This document shows, piece by piece, positions 60,829 to 64,000 of a stretch of DNA of 64,000 nucleotides (position 1 is its first letter; the number at the start of each line of letters is the position of its first letter). The DNA lies in the NCBI GenBank assembly GCA_944362965.1, contig CALVTR010000005.1, forward strand, positions 3,700 to 67,699, read 5' to 3'. The notes beneath the pieces are model-generated. The model was not told the origin of the DNA. It did no database searches and saw nothing but the letters and a program-made list of their open reading frames with translations. The position numbers and the translations under genes were made by a program. This stretch comes from an uncultured Clostridia bacterium (lineage in GTDB: Bacteria; Bacillota; Clostridia; Christensenellales; UBA1242).

Positions 60829-62589
60829 ATGGAAATTAAAAGAGAACAAGATGAAGAACTTATGAAAGCAAGACATTCTCTTGCACACGTGCTTGCTAAA
60901 GCTTTAATGGAGCTTTATCCAGACACGAAACTTACAATAGGTCCAGCTATTGATAATGGCTTTTATTATGATATAGACCTTACTCATTCAATCACTCCTG
61001 ACGAGTATGATAAGATAGAAAAGAAAATGAAAGAAATCATCAATAAGGGAGAAGAATTTACAAAAAAGGTTATTTCAAGAGATGAAGCTCTTAAACTTTT
61101 TGCAAATAATGAGTATAAAACTGAGATTATAAAGGAATTACCAGAAGATGAAGAAGTGTCTCTCTATTATACTGGTGATGATTTTTATGACCTTTGTCGT
61201 GGACCACACGTTGACAGCACAAGACGACTTCAAAATTTTGGCTATAAAATTCATGCTGTAAATGGAGCATATTGGCGTGGAAGCGAAAAGAATAAGATGC
61301 TTCAAAGAGTATACTGCTATGCCTTCAAAACAAAGAAGGAACTTGCTGACTACTTAAAACTCGTTGAAGAAGCAAAGCAAAGAGACCATAGAAAGCTTGG
61401 CAAAGAGCTTAATATATTTATGTTTGATGAGCTTATTGGGAAAGGTCTTCCAATGTATCTTCCTAATGGATTTATTTTAAGAAGAATTTTGTCTGACTAT
61501 ATTATGAACAAGGAGCTTTCAAAAGGTTACAAACACGTTATGACTCCATCTCTTGGCAATGTTGACCTTTATAAAACTTCTGGTCACTGGGATCACTACA
61601 AGGACGACATGTTTCCAGCAATGGAACTTGATGATGAAGCTTATGTTCTTCGTCCTATGAACTGCCCACATCACATGGTTATGTTTAAACATTCTCTGCA
61701 TTCATACCGCGACTTGCCTGTCCGAATAGCAGAAATAGCAAATGACTTTAGATTTGAAGACAGTGGAAACCTTTGCGGACTTGAAAGAGCAAGAGCATTC
61801 ACTCAAAATGACTCACACATCTTCTGCACGCCAGAGCAGATTGCTGACGAAATAAAGGGCGTTATATCTTTAATACTTGAAGTTTATAAGGATTTTGGCT
61901 TTAAAGATTATACTTTAAGACTATCACTTCGTGATAAGAATGATACTGCAAAATATTTTGGCAATGATAAGCTTTGGGAAAAAAGCGAAAATGCTCTCAG
62001 AGAGATTATAAAGTCAACAGGTGCAAATTATTATGAAGCTGAAGGGGAAGCCGCTTTCTATGGACCTAAAATAGACGTCCAAGTTTATAGTGCACTCGGT
62101 CATGAAGTAACGCTCTCAACAGTTCAGCTTGACTATCAACTTCCTGAAAAGTTTGAACTTGAATATATCGATGAAAACAATCAAAAACAAAGACCAGTTG
62201 TTATTCATAGAGCAATACTTGGCTCTCTTGATAGATTTATTGCTTTCCTTCTTGAAGAAACTAAGGGACTTTTACCGTTATGGCTTGCTCCAGAACAGGT
62301 AAGAGTGCTTGCTTTGACTGATAGAAATAATGACTATGTGGAAAAAATTAAAGCCGAGCTTATATCAAAAGGCTTTAGAGTTACAAGCGACATAAGAAAT
62401 GAAAAAATTGGTTATAAAATACGCGAAGCCCTTTCAATGAAAATTCCTTATCTTATCATTGTAGGTGACGAAGAAGAAAACAATAACACAATTTCTATCA
62501 GGGGTAGAGGCTTTGAAAATAAATCAGGTCTATTATTGTCAGAATTTATCGACAGGCTTGAAAATGAAGTAAAAACAAAGAAAATCTAG
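60829..62589 (+). CDS. thrS: Threonine--tRNA ligase (short form lacking N-terminal TGS domain)
   Basis: RHSLAHVLA, DLCRGPHV, RDHRKLG, RPMNCPHH, AAFYGPKID, HRAILGS. Confidence 0.98.
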   Translation: MEIKREQDEELMKARHSLAHVLAKALMELYPDTKLTIGPAIDNGFYYDIDLTHSITPDEYDKIEKKMKEIINKGEEFTKKVISRDEALKLFANNEYKTEIIKELPEDEEVSLYYTGDDFYDLCRGPHVDSTRRLQNFGYKIHAVNGAYWRGSEKNKMLQRVYCYAFKTKKELADYLKLVEEAKQRDHRKLGKELNIFMFDELIGKGLPMYLPNGFILRRILSDYIMNKELSKGYKHVMTPSLGNVDLYKTSGHWDHYKDDMFPAMELDDEAYVLRPMNCPHHMVMFKHSLHSYRDLPVRIAEIANDFRFEDSGNLCGLERARAFTQNDSHIFCTPEQIADEIKGVISLILEVYKDFGFKDYTLRLSLRDKNDTAKYFGNDKLWEKSENALREIIKSTGANYYEAEGEAAFYGPKIDVQVYSALGHEVTLSTVQLDYQLPEKFELEYIDENNQKQRPVVIHRAILGSLDRFIAFLLEETKGLLPLWLAPEQVRVLALTDRNNDYVEKIKAELISKGFRVTSDIRNEKIGYKIREALSMKIPYLIIVGDEEENNNTISIRGRGFENKSGLLLSEFIDRLENEVKTKKI

Positions 62590-62671
62590 TTAAATTCATT
62601 TTGAATTTTTAGTATAATTATGTTAGACTTTGTTATGTCAAGTTTAAAAAATTTGTTTAAAAGGAGATAAT

Positions 62672-63151
62672 ATGGACGCAACACAAATCATTCTTATTGT
62701 TTTTATTGTGCTCTTGATTATAATTTATCCAATCATGATTTCAGCAAGAAACAAAAAAGAAAATCAAAGAATGCAGGAACAAACTAATTCGCTTAAAAGG
62801 GGAGACAAGGTTTTAACTACAAGCGGTGTTTATGGCACTATTGTTGACCTTCAACTTGATGGCGATAAGAAGATTGTCACTATTGAAACAGGAACAGATA
62901 GCAAAAAAGGCTATATTTCAGTAGATGCCTATGCTATCTACACCATCTTCAAAGACGAAGAACCAAAAGAAGAACCTGCTGCTATTGCAACTGAAAATAA
63001 AGAAAATAAAACTCAAGATAGCAAAGAAGATAACGCTTCTATAGTAACAGATGCCAACAGCACTTCTGATGCTCAAGTTTCAACTGAAGAGCAAGACGAT
63101 ACAGATAAAAAAGAGTCAAAAAAGAAAAAGAAAGAAAAAAAGAAGATTTAA
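62672..63151 (+). CDS. yajC: Preprotein translocase subunit YajC
   Basis: N-terminal TM, SLKRGDKVLTTSGVYGTI. Confidence 0.9.
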   Translation: MDATQIILIVFIVLLIIIYPIMISARNKKENQRMQEQTNSLKRGDKVLTTSGVYGTIVDLQLDGDKKIVTIETGTDSKKGYISVDAYAIYTIFKDEEPKEEPAAIATENKENKTQDSKEDNASIVTDANSTSDAQVSTEEQDDTDKKESKKKKKEKKKI

Positions 63152-63232
63152 TAGTCTTCTTTTTTTATTTAAAAATGACGGCATTTTGTAAAAATATTGA
63201 CTTATAGACAAAAATATATTATAATTAAACTG

Positions 63233-64000
63233 ATGAAGATATATAACTCTGAAGACTTTTTGAAAAAAAGGTTAATTGAAGAAAGTTCTTATCCCTTATA
63301 TCTTAGTGAAAGGTTAAAGACTAAACCGCTAGATGAAAGGGAAAGCTTTGATATTTATCTGCATAATATATGTAAATCACTATATGAAAAAACACCACTT
63401 GGACAAAAAGAATTAGATTATATAAAAGCCAATTTAAAGTTGCAGAATGGTTGGTATTGTGTTGATAAATCATTTGGAAAGGGTAGTTTTATAAATGCTA
63501 ATGCTATATTAGGCGAAAAAGTATATAGCCAGGAAGAAAAATGTCATGCAAATGCATACAAGTTTGCAACAAGCTACAATGAAGATACATGTCTTATCTT
63601 TGGAACTATCAATCCATTTAGTATAAACAACGGGCTTTTCCATTCAATAGTGCTTTTTGACTATAAGGGACAAGAATATGTTTTTGATGGAGCTAATTAT
63701 GTAGTCATGGAAAAAGAGCTTTATATAAGAGCTTTTAATTTCAAAGAAATACAAAGGATACCAAAAAGTGTTCTATTGAAAGATAAACGCATAATAAAAA
63801 CCACTGCTTGCTTAAAGAAAAATCAAAAAGTCAAGCTTATTCGATATCAATCTCTAGTAAGGCGTTTCTATGGACTTGGCTTTATAGCCTATCTATATAA
63901 TAGACAGGACTTTCTTGCAAATACCGACAAACAATACAAACACATAGCAAAAGTAAAAGAAGATTATAGCAAATTTGAAAGACAACTTAAAGAGATAGAA
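63233..64000 (+). CDS. Hypothetical protein with putative Cys-His-Asp triad (runs off the window; not in ORF track)
   Basis: Open frame MKIYNSEDFLKK...KCHANA...FHSIV...YVFDGAN...; TTGACT-17-TATAAT directly upstream. Confidence 0.75.
   Translation, partial: MKIYNSEDFLKKRLIEESSYPLYLSERLKTKPLDERESFDIYLHNICKSLYEKTPLGQKELDYIKANLKLQNGWYCVDKSFGKGSFINANAILGEKVYSQEEKCHANAYKFATSYNEDTCLIFGTINPFSINNGLFHSIVLFDYKGQEYVFDGANYVVMEKELYIRAFNFKEIQRIPKSVLLKDKRIIKTTACLKKNQKVKLIRYQSLVRRFYGLGFIAYLYNRQDFLANTDKQYKHIAKVKEDYSKFERQLKEIE

Noticed and set aside
607-61701. Numerous short antisense or out-of-frame ORFs in the track (e.g. 12204-12812, 14284-14715, 38690-39163, 43037-43423)
   Set aside because: They lie within well-supported conserved genes and lack SD sequences or motifs; treated as shadows.

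Overview
Low-GC chromosomal segment of a spore-forming, apparently streamlined Clostridia (Bacillota) bacterium. It is mostly housekeeping: ftsK-rimO-pgsA-(degenerate cinA)-recA, class A PBP, miaB-mutS-mutL-miaA, scpAB, mnmA, tRNA-Ser(GGA), rnhA, pta-ackA, rpmF, plsX, rnc-smc-ftsY, rnpB, rarA, polA, ruvX, T-box-thrS and yajC. Sporulation genes include spoIIM-like, dacF, spoIVFB, ylbJ, intact sigK and ytxC. I saw no integrase, transposase, prophage or CRISPR array. The best novel-system candidate is a self-contained 3-gene operon after recA (6716-8967). It encodes a stand-alone adenylation module of an NAD+-dependent DNA ligase (no DNA-binding domains), a PnuC nicotinamide-riboside transporter and a NadR-type kinase lacking its NMN adenylyltransferase domain. 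The nearby CinA/PncC NMN deamidase is degenerate. I infer the ligase fragment may have been repurposed to make NAD+ from NMN. Other oddities: a non-canonical diadenylate-cyclase-domain protein, a HAMP/pseudo-cyclase/TPR membrane protein, a GC-rich four-way-junction element, several unannotated small proteins, TRAM-less MiaB, a frameshifted gene and apparently leaderless genes. All calls are from motif recognition by eye; no searches were run.
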